From the NCBI GenBank assembly GCA_963814585.1, contig CAWFDF010000010.1, positions 1-64,000 on the forward strand: a stretch of DNA of 64,000 bases, written 5' to 3'. The translations under genes and the position numbers were made by a program. Source of the DNA: an uncultured delta proteobacterium. Its GTDB lineage: Bacteria; Myxococcota; Myxococcia; Myxococcales; Anaeromyxobacteraceae. This document shows positions 45,701 to 53,579 of this stretch, one piece after another. Position 1 is the first letter of the stretch; every line of letters begins with the position of its first letter. The notes below the pieces were generated by a model. The model was not told the DNA's origin and searched no databases. It saw only the letters and a list, made by a program, of their open reading frames with translations.

Positions 45701-46222
45701 CAGCACCGCGGCGCGGAGCTCCAGCATGTCCTGGTGGGTCTCGAGGATGAGGGCGTCGACGCCCCCCTCGATCAGCCCCTTGGCCTGCTCGAAGTAGATC
45801 CGCTCGAGGGCGTCGCCGGTGATGTTGCCGAGGGCCGGATCCGACGAGGAGGGCAGCATGCCGCTCGGGCCGATCGAGCCGGCCACGAAGCGAGGCTGCG
45901 AGGGCGTCGAGAACCGCTCGGCGGCGCGCCGCGCCAGGATGGCGGCGTGGAAGTTGACCTCGTAGGTGCGGTGACCGACGCCGTACTCGTCGAGCTTGAG
46001 CCGCGAGGAGCCGAAGGTGTTGGTCTCGACCACGTCACAGCCGGCCGCGAAGTAGCGGCCGTGGATCTGCTCGATCAGGTCGGGGCGGGTCAGGGTGAGG
46101 AGGTCGTTGGCCCCCTCCTTGCCGCCGAAGTCGGAGAGGCTGAGCCGCTCCCCCTGGATCTGCGTCCCCATGGCCCCGTCGAAGACGAGGACGCGCCGGG
46201 CGATGGCGTCGCGGAAGGTCAC
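42776..46222 (-). CDS. metH: Cobalamin-dependent methionine synthase
   Basis: DGAMGT, LNCSTGP, GGCCGT, GERLN, GDVHDIGKN, RYSPGYP, PEQSTSA; GTG start overlaps upstream stop. Confidence 0.95.
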   Translation of the reverse strand: MTFRDAIARRVLVFDGAMGTQIQGERLSLSDFGGKEGANDLLTLTRPDLIEQIHGRYFAAGCDVVETNTFGSSRLKLDEYGVGHRTYEVNFHAAILARRAAERFSTPSQPRFVAGSIGPSGMLPSSSDPALGNITGDALERIYFEQAKGLIEGGVDALILETHQDMLELRAAVLGADACRRELMRDVFIIAQPTLIDQNGRMLLGTDIASALATLERLPVDAVGLNCSTGPAEMREAVRYLGEHCSHYVSVLPNAGMPENVDGKAVYKLSPDELAEALASFVVDLGVDLVGGCCGTTPAHLKAVVERLRTVTAPRRVRPRPGPEISSAMKAVPLTLEPRPLLVGERLNSQGSRKVKELLIADDYPGLLQIARGQVEAGAHVLDVCVALNERDDEGAQMRALVRLLAQAVDAPLMIDSTEADVIESALKVYPGRCIVNSVNLEKGGERVRKVLPLVKRFGAAVVCMTIDEKGMAQTADRKAEIAARLVTVAREYGIEPDSLVFDALTFTLATGGEEYRRSAIETLEGIRRIKAETPGVLTTLGVSNVSFGLARHAREVINSVFLYHAVKAGLDLAIVNPKDVTPYPALGETERALAEELIFDRRPDALARLIAHFGEKGAEKAAPTEDLLAGKTAEERIHLQILHRRPAGIEALIDEALTRQPAVGVLNEVLLPAMKDVGDRFGAGELILPFVLQSAEVMKKAVGYLEQFLEKTGGSTKGTVVLATVYGDVHDIGKNLVKTILSNNGFTVHDLGKQVPVATIIEKAVEVGADAIGLSALLVSTSKQMPFCVEELSRRNLSFPVIIGGAAINRRFGYKTHFVQGGTPYAGGVFYAKDAFEGLELVQQLMDPERRAALKHAVLEKALQGRDAPLPEPPPRPPPGARSSVAPAARVPAPPFWGARTVLSGQIPLSDLWPRLDLNELYKLQWGVRAKGAEYERMIREQFSPKLEELKAEAQAQGWLQPKVVYGYWPCHAEGEELVILDPVHRKAELARLRFPRQPDERLLCLADFFRTEPGSDVCALQVVTMGDAASRVADEASARGDYSRGLFVHGLAVEAAEALAEHWHRVVKAELGLGPEQGKRYSPGYPSWPELTDQRQLWKLLDPDRAIGVSLTEACQMVPEQSTSAIVLHHPEAVYFTIRGQSVLAG

Positions 46223-46536
46223 GGCACGCAGGCGGTGGCGGGCGCCTCGTTGGAGAGGCCGCAGGACGCCTTGCCACAGCCGGTCCCGAGCCACTCGCAG
46301 AAGCCGGAGCCCGGCGGCGCGTAGCAGCTGTCGAGGGCGGCCGAGCAGGCCGCCTCGTTGGTCGCGTCGACCCCGGCGGCGCTCAGCTGGTTCTTCACCT
46401 CGGCCTTGCAGGAGTCGCGGGAGGTGCCGGACCCGGAGCACTGGCAGAGCCGGTCGCCGAGGTCCTGGCAAGGACCGCCGCAGCCCGGCAAGGCCAGGCT
46501 GGCGGCGAGGAGCACGAGGACGGCCAGGGGGCGCAT
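46219..46536 (-). CDS. Small Cys-rich lipoprotein
   Basis: Lipobox LPGC followed by about ten Cys. Confidence 0.75.
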   Translation of the reverse strand: MRPLAVLVLLAASLALPGCGGPCQDLGDRLCQCSGSGTSRDSCKAEVKNQLSAAGVDATNEAACSAALDSCYAPPGSGFCEWLGTGCGKASCGLSNEAPATACVP

Positions 46537-46632
46537 GGGACCGCGGAGGATCACCCCACCGGCCCCTTCAGGTCAAGGCGCCCCATCCCTGAATCTTTGC
46601 GTGGCCGGGCCGTCCCTGCTAACGGAAGCCAC

Positions 46633-47295
46633 ATGCTCGCTCTCGCCCTCCCTGCCCTGCTGCTGGCCGCGCTGGTCGCCCCCGCCTCGGAGGGAGTCGC
46701 CGCGTCCGGCGCCGCTCCCTCCACCGCGCCGGCGCCGGCCGCCGTCGCGCTGACCCGGAAGGTGCAGGCCTTCTACGAGAAGACCCGCGACCTGGAGGCC
46801 AGCTTCACGCAGACCTGGGTCTACGCCGGGATGGGGCGGAGGCTCACCTCCACCGGGATGCTCAAGGTGAAGAAGCCCGGCCTGATGCGCTGGGACTACC
46901 AGACCCCGTCGCCCAAGGTGGTGGCGGTGACCGGCAAGAGGCTGGTCCAGTACGAGCCGGAGGAGCAGCAGGCCTACGTCGACGAGCAGTTCGACGCCAC
47001 CGCCATGACCGCGGCGATCGGCTTCCTGCTCGGCACCGGGGACCTGGCCCGCGACTTCGACGCCTCGCTCGGGGAGGGCGGGACGCTGGTGCTCCGGCCC
47101 AGGGTACCCGACCCGCGGGTGTCCCGGATCACCTTCACGGTCGGGCCCGAGGGCGAGGTGCTGGCCACCTCGGTCCTGGACGGCTCGGGCAACGAGAACC
47201 GGCTGGCCTTCTCGGCCATCAAGCGGAACGGCGGCCTCGCCGATGCCGCCTTCGAGGTGGCGCTGCCGGCCGGCACCCGGCGGGTGGGGAAGTAG
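46633..47295 (+). CDS. lolA: Outer-membrane lipoprotein carrier protein
   Basis: ASFTQ, KKPGLMRWDY, GNENRLAF. Confidence 0.85.
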   Translation: MLALALPALLLAALVAPASEGVAASGAAPSTAPAPAAVALTRKVQAFYEKTRDLEASFTQTWVYAGMGRRLTSTGMLKVKKPGLMRWDYQTPSPKVVAVTGKRLVQYEPEEQQAYVDEQFDATAMTAAIGFLLGTGDLARDFDASLGEGGTLVLRPRVPDPRVSRITFTVGPEGEVLATSVLDGSGNENRLAFSAIKRNGGLADAAFEVALPAGTRRVGK

Positions 47296-47373
47296 GGACC
47301 GGTCGGCCAGGGGCCGGCCACGGCGCCCGCCGCTGTTCCGCCGCACGGGCGCAGCGGCTAGACTCCGCGCACC

Positions 47374-48081
47374 ATGGCCTCCCCGCCCGGCGACGTCCCT
47401 TCCAGCCTGCAGGCGACCCGCGCGCTCCAGATCGTGGGCGACTTCCAGCGGCGGCCCCTCGATCCGGTGGAGCGGTTCTCCGAGGTCATCTTCGGCCTCA
47501 TCATGGTCCTGACCTTCACCGGCGCCCTGAGCGTCGCGGAGAGCGGCCGGCAGGAGGTGAGGGAGATGCTCTTCGGCGCGCTGGCCTGCAACGTGGCCTG
47601 GGGGCTCGTCGACGGGGTGATGTACCTGCTCACCTCGGTGGTCGGGCGCGCGCGCAGGCTCCTCGTCCTCCAGGGGATCCGCGCCGCCGATCCCGCCAGC
47701 GCCCGGGCCATCCTCCGGGCGGCCGTGCCGGAGGGGGTCGCGGCGATCACCGACGAGGCCGAGGCGGATCGGATGGTGGCGCGCCTCCGCGCCCTCCCCG
47801 AGCCAAGGCACCCGGTCAGCATCACCGCGACGGACCTGCGAGGTGCGCTGGGGAGCTGCCTCCTCGTGGTGCTGGCCACCTTCCCGCCCACCATCCCGTT
47901 CCTGCTGGTCCAGGATGCGGCCCGCGCGCTCCGCATCTCGAACGGGCTGGCGGTGGCGAGCCTGTTCCTGGCGGGCTACTGGCTGGGGAAGGCGACCGGG
48001 CTCCGGGCCTGGATGCTCGGCCTCGCCATGGTGGTGCTGGGCAGCGCGCTGGTGGGACTCACCATGGCCCTCGGCGGCTGA
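47374..48081 (+). CDS. VIT1/CCC1-like membrane protein
   Basis: SEVIFGLIMVLTFT, CNVAWGLVDGVMY, PPTIPF; several TM helices. Confidence 0.7.
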   Translation: MASPPGDVPSSLQATRALQIVGDFQRRPLDPVERFSEVIFGLIMVLTFTGALSVAESGRQEVREMLFGALACNVAWGLVDGVMYLLTSVVGRARRLLVLQGIRAADPASARAILRAAVPEGVAAITDEAEADRMVARLRALPEPRHPVSITATDLRGALGSCLLVVLATFPPTIPFLLVQDAARALRISNGLAVASLFLAGYWLGKATGLRAWMLGLAMVVLGSALVGLTMALGG

Positions 48082-48145
48082 ACCGCGGGCCTTGGAAGCC
48101 ACCCCCGAGCGGGCCACGGACGGGCCCTGCTCCAAGGAGGAGACC

Positions 48146-49261
48146 GTGACGACCACCAAGGCTGGCTCGAGGGAGAAGGCCCCCGCGAGGCACTGGCTCC
48201 GGCCCTCGGTGAGCTGGCTCCTGGCCTTCGTGCCGGTCGCCATGGCGCTCGAGCGGGCGGAGGCGAGCCCGCCGCTGGTCTTCTTCGCGGCGGCGCTCGC
48301 CATCGTCCCCATCGCCAGCTGGATCGTGCGGGCCACCGAGCAGCTCGCCACCTACACCGGCGACGCCGTCGGGGGGCTGCTCAACGGCACCTTCGGGAAC
48401 GCGCCGGAGCTCATCATCGGGCTGGTGGCGCTGCGGGCGGGCCTCTTCGACATGGTGCTCGCCTCGCTGGTCGGGGCCATCCTCGCCAACCTGCTGCTCG
48501 CCCTCGGCCTGACGTTCTTCCTGGGCGGGCTCCGCTTCCGGGACCAGTCCTTCCGCCCCGAGGCGGCGCGCATCTACCTGTCGATGATGCTGCTGGCGGT
48601 CACCAGCATGGCGGTCCCATCGGCCATGCACGCCGTCTCGGGCGAGACGGCCGCCGCCGCCGAGCAGCACCTGAACCTGGCGGTGGCGCTGGTCCTTCTC
48701 GCCACCTACGGGCTCTACGTGCTCTTCATGCTGAAGACCCACTCGCACCTCTTCGTTCCCGAGGGCGGACCGGAGGGCCACGAGGAGGGCGAGCGCTGGA
48801 GCGTGGCGCGCTCGCTCGTGACCCTGGCCATCGCCTCCATCCTGGCGGCCTGGATGAGCGAGGTGCTGGTCGGCGCGGCCGAGGGAACCGGGCAGGCGCT
48901 GGGCATGTCCCGGGCGTTCATCGGGCTGGTGTTCCTGGCCATCGTGGGCGGCGCCGCCGAGAGCGGCTCGGCGATCGCCATGGGACGGGCCAACCGGATG
49001 GACCTCGCCGTGGGCATCGCGGTCGGGAGCTGCATCCAGATCGCGCTCTTCGTCGCGCCGCTCCTCGTCCTCCTGAGCTACGCCTTCGCTCCCCGGCCGC
49101 TGCTGCTCCTCTTCCCCCGGGTGCTGGTGGCGACCACGTTCATCGCCGTCGTCGTCGCCACGGTGGTCATCGGGGACGGCAAGTCCAACTGGTTCAAGGG
49201 ACTGCAGCTGGTCGTGGTGTACGCCCTGATCGCGCTGCTGGCCTTCTTCGTAGGCGTCTGA
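48146..49261 (+). CDS. cax: Calcium/proton exchanger (CAX/ChaA family)
   Basis: LLNGTFGNAPEL, VGGAAES, GSCIQIALFVAP, SNWFKG; AAGGAGG RBS before GTG. Confidence 0.9.
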   Translation: MTTTKAGSREKAPARHWLRPSVSWLLAFVPVAMALERAEASPPLVFFAAALAIVPIASWIVRATEQLATYTGDAVGGLLNGTFGNAPELIIGLVALRAGLFDMVLASLVGAILANLLLALGLTFFLGGLRFRDQSFRPEAARIYLSMMLLAVTSMAVPSAMHAVSGETAAAAEQHLNLAVALVLLATYGLYVLFMLKTHSHLFVPEGGPEGHEEGERWSVARSLVTLAIASILAAWMSEVLVGAAEGTGQALGMSRAFIGLVFLAIVGGAAESGSAIAMGRANRMDLAVGIAVGSCIQIALFVAPLLVLLSYAFAPRPLLLLFPRVLVATTFIAVVVATVVIGDGKSNWFKGLQLVVVYALIALLAFFVGV

Positions 49262-49403
49262 AGCGCATGGCGCCCGCGGGCCGAGGCGGGAAGGCCTGTC
49301 CCGCCCTCCCGGCACCGGGTATCGTCGTCGCCGCTGGCGCGGGAGGATCGGCGATGACCTTGCCGTGCCCTGGCTGGAGGGGCCGGCCTGCGGGAGGAGA
49401 TCC

Positions 49404-49649
49404 ATGGCGACCGAGGAGGAGCTGAAGGCGGAGCTGGAGCGGCTCAGGGCCGAGAACGCGGCGCTCAAGTCGCGCGGCTCGAAGGGCGTCTCCATGAAGG
49501 TGAGCGAGAAGGGCGGCGTGTCGGTCTACGGCCTGGGCCGCTTCCCGGTGACGCTCTACCAGGAGCAGTGGCTGAAGCTGCTCGACCTGACCGACGACCT
49601 TCGCGCCTTCATCAAGGAGAACGAGGCCAGGCTGAAGAAGAAGGAGTGA
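49404..49649 (+). CDS. Small hypothetical protein with N-terminal coiled coil
   Basis: GGAGG RBS; KVSEKGGVSVYGLGRFPVTLY. Confidence 0.8.
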   Translation: MATEEELKAELERLRAENAALKSRGSKGVSMKVSEKGGVSVYGLGRFPVTLYQEQWLKLLDLTDDLRAFIKENEARLKKKE

Positions 49650-49678
49650 CCGGGGGCGCCCCGGGCGCGGCGGCTGCC

Positions 49679-50131
49679 TCAGTGCTTCAGGTTCCGGATC
49701 CCGGGGGTGGCGTGCTCGGGGAAGACCAGCCCGAGGATGTAGCGCGAGCCCTCGGCCATCCTCAGGCCGCCGAGCGCGGCGCGAGGCACCCACTGCGCCT
49801 CGGCCACCTCGATGGGGTTGGGGACGAGCGCGCGGGTCAGGGGGTGGCACCGGTAGTACAGGATGACGAAGTGGTCGGTGTCCGGCCCCAGGTGCTCGAA
49901 GACGTCCACCAGCCCCACCACGGCCACCTTCAGGCCGACCTCCTCGAGCACCTCCCGGTGGAGCGCCTGCACGATCGGCTCGCCGAGGGCGATCTTGCCG
50001 CCCGGCATCACCCACATGTCGAGGAAGGGGGCGATCGCGCGCCGCGTCAGCACCACCCGGTCCTCCTCGTCGACGATGACGGCGACGACCGAGGTGACGA
50101 CGTGCTGCTTCCGGTAGAGGTGCTGCGTCAT
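49679..50131 (-). CDS. Nudix hydrolase
   Basis: Complete Nudix box GKIALGEPIVQALHREVLEEVGL. Confidence 0.9.
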   Translation of the reverse strand: MTQHLYRKQHVVTSVVAVIVDEEDRVVLTRRAIAPFLDMWVMPGGKIALGEPIVQALHREVLEEVGLKVAVVGLVDVFEHLGPDTDHFVILYYRCHPLTRALVPNPIEVAEAQWVPRAALGGLRMAEGSRYILGLVFPEHATPGIRNLKH

Positions 50132-50139
50132 GGCGGCCT

Positions 50140-51357
50140 TCAGACCACGTACTCCAGCTCGCCGGCGGGGACGACCGGTGGGCGTGGACGGTCGACGATG
50201 ACCTCGCGCAGGCGCTGGGCCTCCACCGAGAGCGCGGCGTAGGACTGGAGGAAGGCCGCGGAGGGGTCCTCCTCCAGCAGCCGCTCGATCTTCCCGGACC
50301 ACGAGGGGATGGGGAGGACGCGCCCCTGGAGCCGGTCGAGCACGACGTTCATCGCCTCCACGCCGTCGGCGTCGAAGAAGGGCTGCTTCCGGAGCAGCTC
50401 GGTCAGGTCTGGCATCATCCGGAACTCGAACGGATCGCGCCGCAGCATCACGTTGAGCGGGTTCAGGGCGCGGTCCCGCTCCGGCGAGAGCGCCTCGTGC
50501 TCCGGGTGGAGCCGCTGCCAGACCACGGTCGGGAAGGTGGCATCCATGGGGATCCACCGCCCACCGTGGTTCACGACCGCGAAGTAGTGCTTGATGTGGC
50601 TCTTGCGGCGCTCGAGGACCCGGTAGCCGTCCGGCAGGATGGGGTCCATGGTCCCGGCCCGGCAGAGCACCTCGGCGAACTGCGCCTCGATCCCGCTCGC
50701 CCTCAGGAGCGCCACCTGCAGGTTCGACTTGGTGGTGCACATCCCGAAGCCGAGCTCGAGCGTGTTCGAGGCCAGCACGTTCCAGAAGCCGATCCGGTAG
50801 GGGAGCTGCCGGACGTACTCGAAGATCGCGCAGGCCGACTCCCAGTCGTCCCGCCCGCGCAGGAACGAGGCGAAGTGCCGGATGGCCGGGTGGCCGTGAT
50901 CGCAGTGGTCGGTGGGTCCGGCCGCGCCGTCGGCGCCGCGCGCCCGCTCGGAGACCACCTTGGCGTGGCGGAGGCGCACCAGCGGCGAGAGCCCGACGAA
51001 CAGCCGGGTGAAGAGCGCCAGCTGCTCGCGACGCGGGCCCCTCGAGTAGGCCGACCTGGGGACGTGCCAGACCGCCGCGCCACCCTCCAGGGCGTGAACG
51101 CCGGCCGTCCGCGGGGTGCCGAGCACGAAGCCGATCTCGCCGACCACGTCGCCCGGTCCGAGCCAGACGGGGCTGCTCCCGCGGCGCTCGAGGAGGAACT
51201 GCCCGCGGAGGATGACGTGGAGATCGAGATTGCCCTGGGCCGTGGTGTCGAAGAGCGGCTGGCCGGCCTGGAACTCCCGGCGCTCGCCGAGCGGCTCGAC
51301 GAGCCGCAGCGCCTCCGCGGTCATCGTCGAGGCGAGCTTGGTTTGCGACAGCGGCAT
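50140..51357 (-). CDS. Cyclic-nucleotide-binding domain fused to transglutaminase-like domain
   Basis: GPGDVVGEIG...PRTA cassette; GMCTTKS...LLRASGI, HYF, WIPMDAT Cys-His-Asp triad; GGAGG RBS. Confidence 0.8.
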   Translation of the reverse strand: MPLSQTKLASTMTAEALRLVEPLGERREFQAGQPLFDTTAQGNLDLHVILRGQFLLERRGSSPVWLGPGDVVGEIGFVLGTPRTAGVHALEGGAAVWHVPRSAYSRGPRREQLALFTRLFVGLSPLVRLRHAKVVSERARGADGAAGPTDHCDHGHPAIRHFASFLRGRDDWESACAIFEYVRQLPYRIGFWNVLASNTLELGFGMCTTKSNLQVALLRASGIEAQFAEVLCRAGTMDPILPDGYRVLERRKSHIKHYFAVVNHGGRWIPMDATFPTVVWQRLHPEHEALSPERDRALNPLNVMLRRDPFEFRMMPDLTELLRKQPFFDADGVEAMNVVLDRLQGRVLPIPSWSGKIERLLEEDPSAAFLQSYAALSVEAQRLREVIVDRPRPPVVPAGELEYVV

Positions 51358-51427
51358 TCCCCCTCCGGAATGGCGGCCGAGTGGTGGATCGACGAGCCGC
51401 AGCCTAGCGCATCGCAGCGGCGGGGTC

Positions 51428-52867
51428 TCAACCCTTGATGACGCCCATGGGCTCGAGCCGCGCCACCAGGCGCGAGATGCCGGCGCGGTCCATCACCGCC
51501 ACCACCTGCGCGACGTCCTTGTAGGCCTCGCTCATCTCCTCGGCGAGCGTCTTCTTCCCGCGCGAGATCACCTCGATGCCCCGGGCGGCGAGCTCCCGGG
51601 CGATGGAGCGGCCGCGGCCGCGCCGCAGGGCCTCGCCCCGGGAGAGGAGGCGGCCGGCGCCGTGGCACGAGCTGCCGAAGGTGTCGCGCATGGCCCGCGC
51701 CGTTCCCGCCAGCACGTAGGAGTAGCGCCCCATGTCGCCGGGGATGAGCACGGGCTGGCCGATCTCCCGGTAGGCGGCGGGGACGCGTGGATCGCCGGGG
51801 CCGAAGGCGCGCGTCGCCCCCTTGCGGTGGACCAGGACGCGGCGGCGGACGCCGTCCACCTCGTGCTCCTCGTGCTTGGCGACGTTGTGGCAGACGTCGT
51901 AGAGCAGGCGGGCGCCGAGATCGCGCTCGGAGACGCGGAGGGCGTGGAGCAGGGCGCGGACGGCCAGCCCGGTCATGACCTGCCGGTTGGCCCAGGCATA
52001 GTTGGCGGCCGCCTGCATGGCGCCGAGGTAGCGGCGCCCCACCTCGCTCGTCACCGGGGCGCAGGCCAGCTGCCGGTCGGGGAGCTGGGCGTAGTCCGGG
52101 CCGAAGGAGGCCTGGCGCGGCGTCAGCTCCGCCAGGAATTCGTCGCAGACCTGGTAGCCGAGGCCGCGCGAGCCGGAGTGGATCTGCAGGGCGACCCGGC
52201 CGGGCCGGAGGCCGAAGGCCTCGGCGGCGGCCGGATCGTAGATCTCGGCGATCCGGTCCACCTCGAGGAAGTGGTTGCCGCTGCCGAGCGTCCCGACCTG
52301 GTCCGACCCTCGCTGCCGGGCCCGCTCCGAGACCGAGCCAGGATCGGCGCCGGCCAGCCGTCCGCCCTCCTCGCAGCGCTCCAGGTCGTCCGACGCCGCG
52401 GTGAACCCGCGCCGGACCGCCCAGCGCGCCCCCTGGGAGAGGACCTCGTCGAGCTCCGCGCCGGAGAGGCGGGGGATGGCCCGGCTGGCCCCGACGCCGG
52501 TGGGGATGTCGCGGTAGAGCTGCGCGGTGACGGCGTGGAGGTGCTCCCGGACGTCCTCCTCCTCCAGCGCGGTGGTGACCACCCGCACGCCGCAGTTGAT
52601 GTCGTAGCCGACGCCGCCCGGGGAGATGGCGCCCTCGTCGGCGTCCACGGCGGCCACGCCGCCGATGGGGAAGCCATAGCCCCAGTGGATGTCGGGCATG
52701 GCCAGCGAGAAGCGCAGGATGCCGGGGAGGTGGGCCACGTTGGCGACCTGCTGGAGGGCCGGGTCGTCGGGCGCTGGCGGTCCGACGCCGTAGACTCGCC
52801 CCGGCACCCGCATCCTCCCCTCGCGCGGGATCTCCCACAGGTCGCCCTGGACGTGCCGCAGCTTCAT
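51428..52867 (-). CDS. rtcB: RNA 2',3'-cyclic phosphate/3'-phosphate-5'-OH ligase
   Basis: MPDIHWGYGFPIGGV, DINCG, GSGNHF, HSGSRG, HN, HRKGAT, HGAGR, AYKDV. Confidence 0.95.
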   Translation of the reverse strand: MKLRHVQGDLWEIPREGRMRVPGRVYGVGPPAPDDPALQQVANVAHLPGILRFSLAMPDIHWGYGFPIGGVAAVDADEGAISPGGVGYDINCGVRVVTTALEEEDVREHLHAVTAQLYRDIPTGVGASRAIPRLSGAELDEVLSQGARWAVRRGFTAASDDLERCEEGGRLAGADPGSVSERARQRGSDQVGTLGSGNHFLEVDRIAEIYDPAAAEAFGLRPGRVALQIHSGSRGLGYQVCDEFLAELTPRQASFGPDYAQLPDRQLACAPVTSEVGRRYLGAMQAAANYAWANRQVMTGLAVRALLHALRVSERDLGARLLYDVCHNVAKHEEHEVDGVRRRVLVHRKGATRAFGPGDPRVPAAYREIGQPVLIPGDMGRYSYVLAGTARAMRDTFGSSCHGAGRLLSRGEALRRGRGRSIARELAARGIEVISRGKKTLAEEMSEAYKDVAQVVAVMDRAGISRLVARLEPMGVIKG

Positions 52868-52890
52868 GGCCGGTCCTCCCGCTCCTCCCG

Positions 52891-53325
52891 TCAGATGTCC
52901 AGGACGACCTGGGCGACCCAGCCGCCGCCCTCCGGTTCCAGCCGCGCGGCGTGCCAGGTGATCGCCTTCACGTCGGCCCCCTCGGCGTGCTGGTCCGGAT
53001 CGTACCGCGCGAAGCCCACCGTCGCCTCCACGCCGGCCTCGTCGAGGTGGTGGACCTCGACCTGGGCGGGGAGCAGCCGCTCGGTGGCGAAGCGGTAGAG
53101 CAGCTCCCGCAGCAGCGCCAGGGCGGAGCCCACCAGGCCCGGGCCGCCCGGCAGCGCCAGCCGCTCCTCGCTGTCCAGGGGCGTGGCCCCGCCGCCCGCG
53201 AGCAGCCCGCCGAGCGCGAGGGCCAGCCGCGCCAGCGCCTCCTCCGCGCTGGCGCCGCGGACGCGCACGCCCACATCGGCGGTGTGGCCGAGGTCCTCCC
53301 AGGGTTGCGGGAGCTGGTAGCGCAC
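52891..53325 (-). CDS. Archease
   Basis: HTAD, VKAITWH, C-terminal LDI; directly upstream of rtcB. Confidence 0.9.
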   Translation of the reverse strand: MRYQLPQPWEDLGHTADVGVRVRGASAEEALARLALALGGLLAGGGATPLDSEERLALPGGPGLVGSALALLRELLYRFATERLLPAQVEVHHLDEAGVEATVGFARYDPDQHAEGADVKAITWHAARLEPEGGGWVAQVVLDI

Positions 53326-53339
53326 GGACGAGAACCTGA

Positions 53340-53514
53340 TGCCCCGACCCAGGCAAGATGCCTGCAGCAAGAGCCGATCCTCTCGCTGCGGCAGGCGGCC
53401 TCGTCGGTCCGCTGCCCAGTGTAGCGCTGCTGCGCCTCCGCTGCTCCCTCCTCGGGCGCCAGCCTCGCTTCGGTCTCGGCTCTCTCGTCACGTCATCTTG
53501 CCTGGGTCGGGGCA
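53340..53514. repeat. 175-nt element with perfect 21-bp terminal inverted repeat (MITE-like element or structured RNA)
   Basis: TGCCCCGACCCAGGCAAGATG (53340-53360) is the exact reverse complement of 53494-53514; inner stem AGAGCCGA/TCGGCTCT. Confidence 0.8.
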
Positions 53515-53579
53515 CTGGCCGATCCGGGGACGAGGCCCAGGACCCCGACGAGGCGGCCCGCTGCGAGAGCCGGCGCGAG

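Noticed and set aside
53340..53514. 6S RNA, retron msr-msd or a known riboswitch
   Set aside because: No recognisable conserved motifs and no reverse transcriptase nearby; not assigned without an Rfam search
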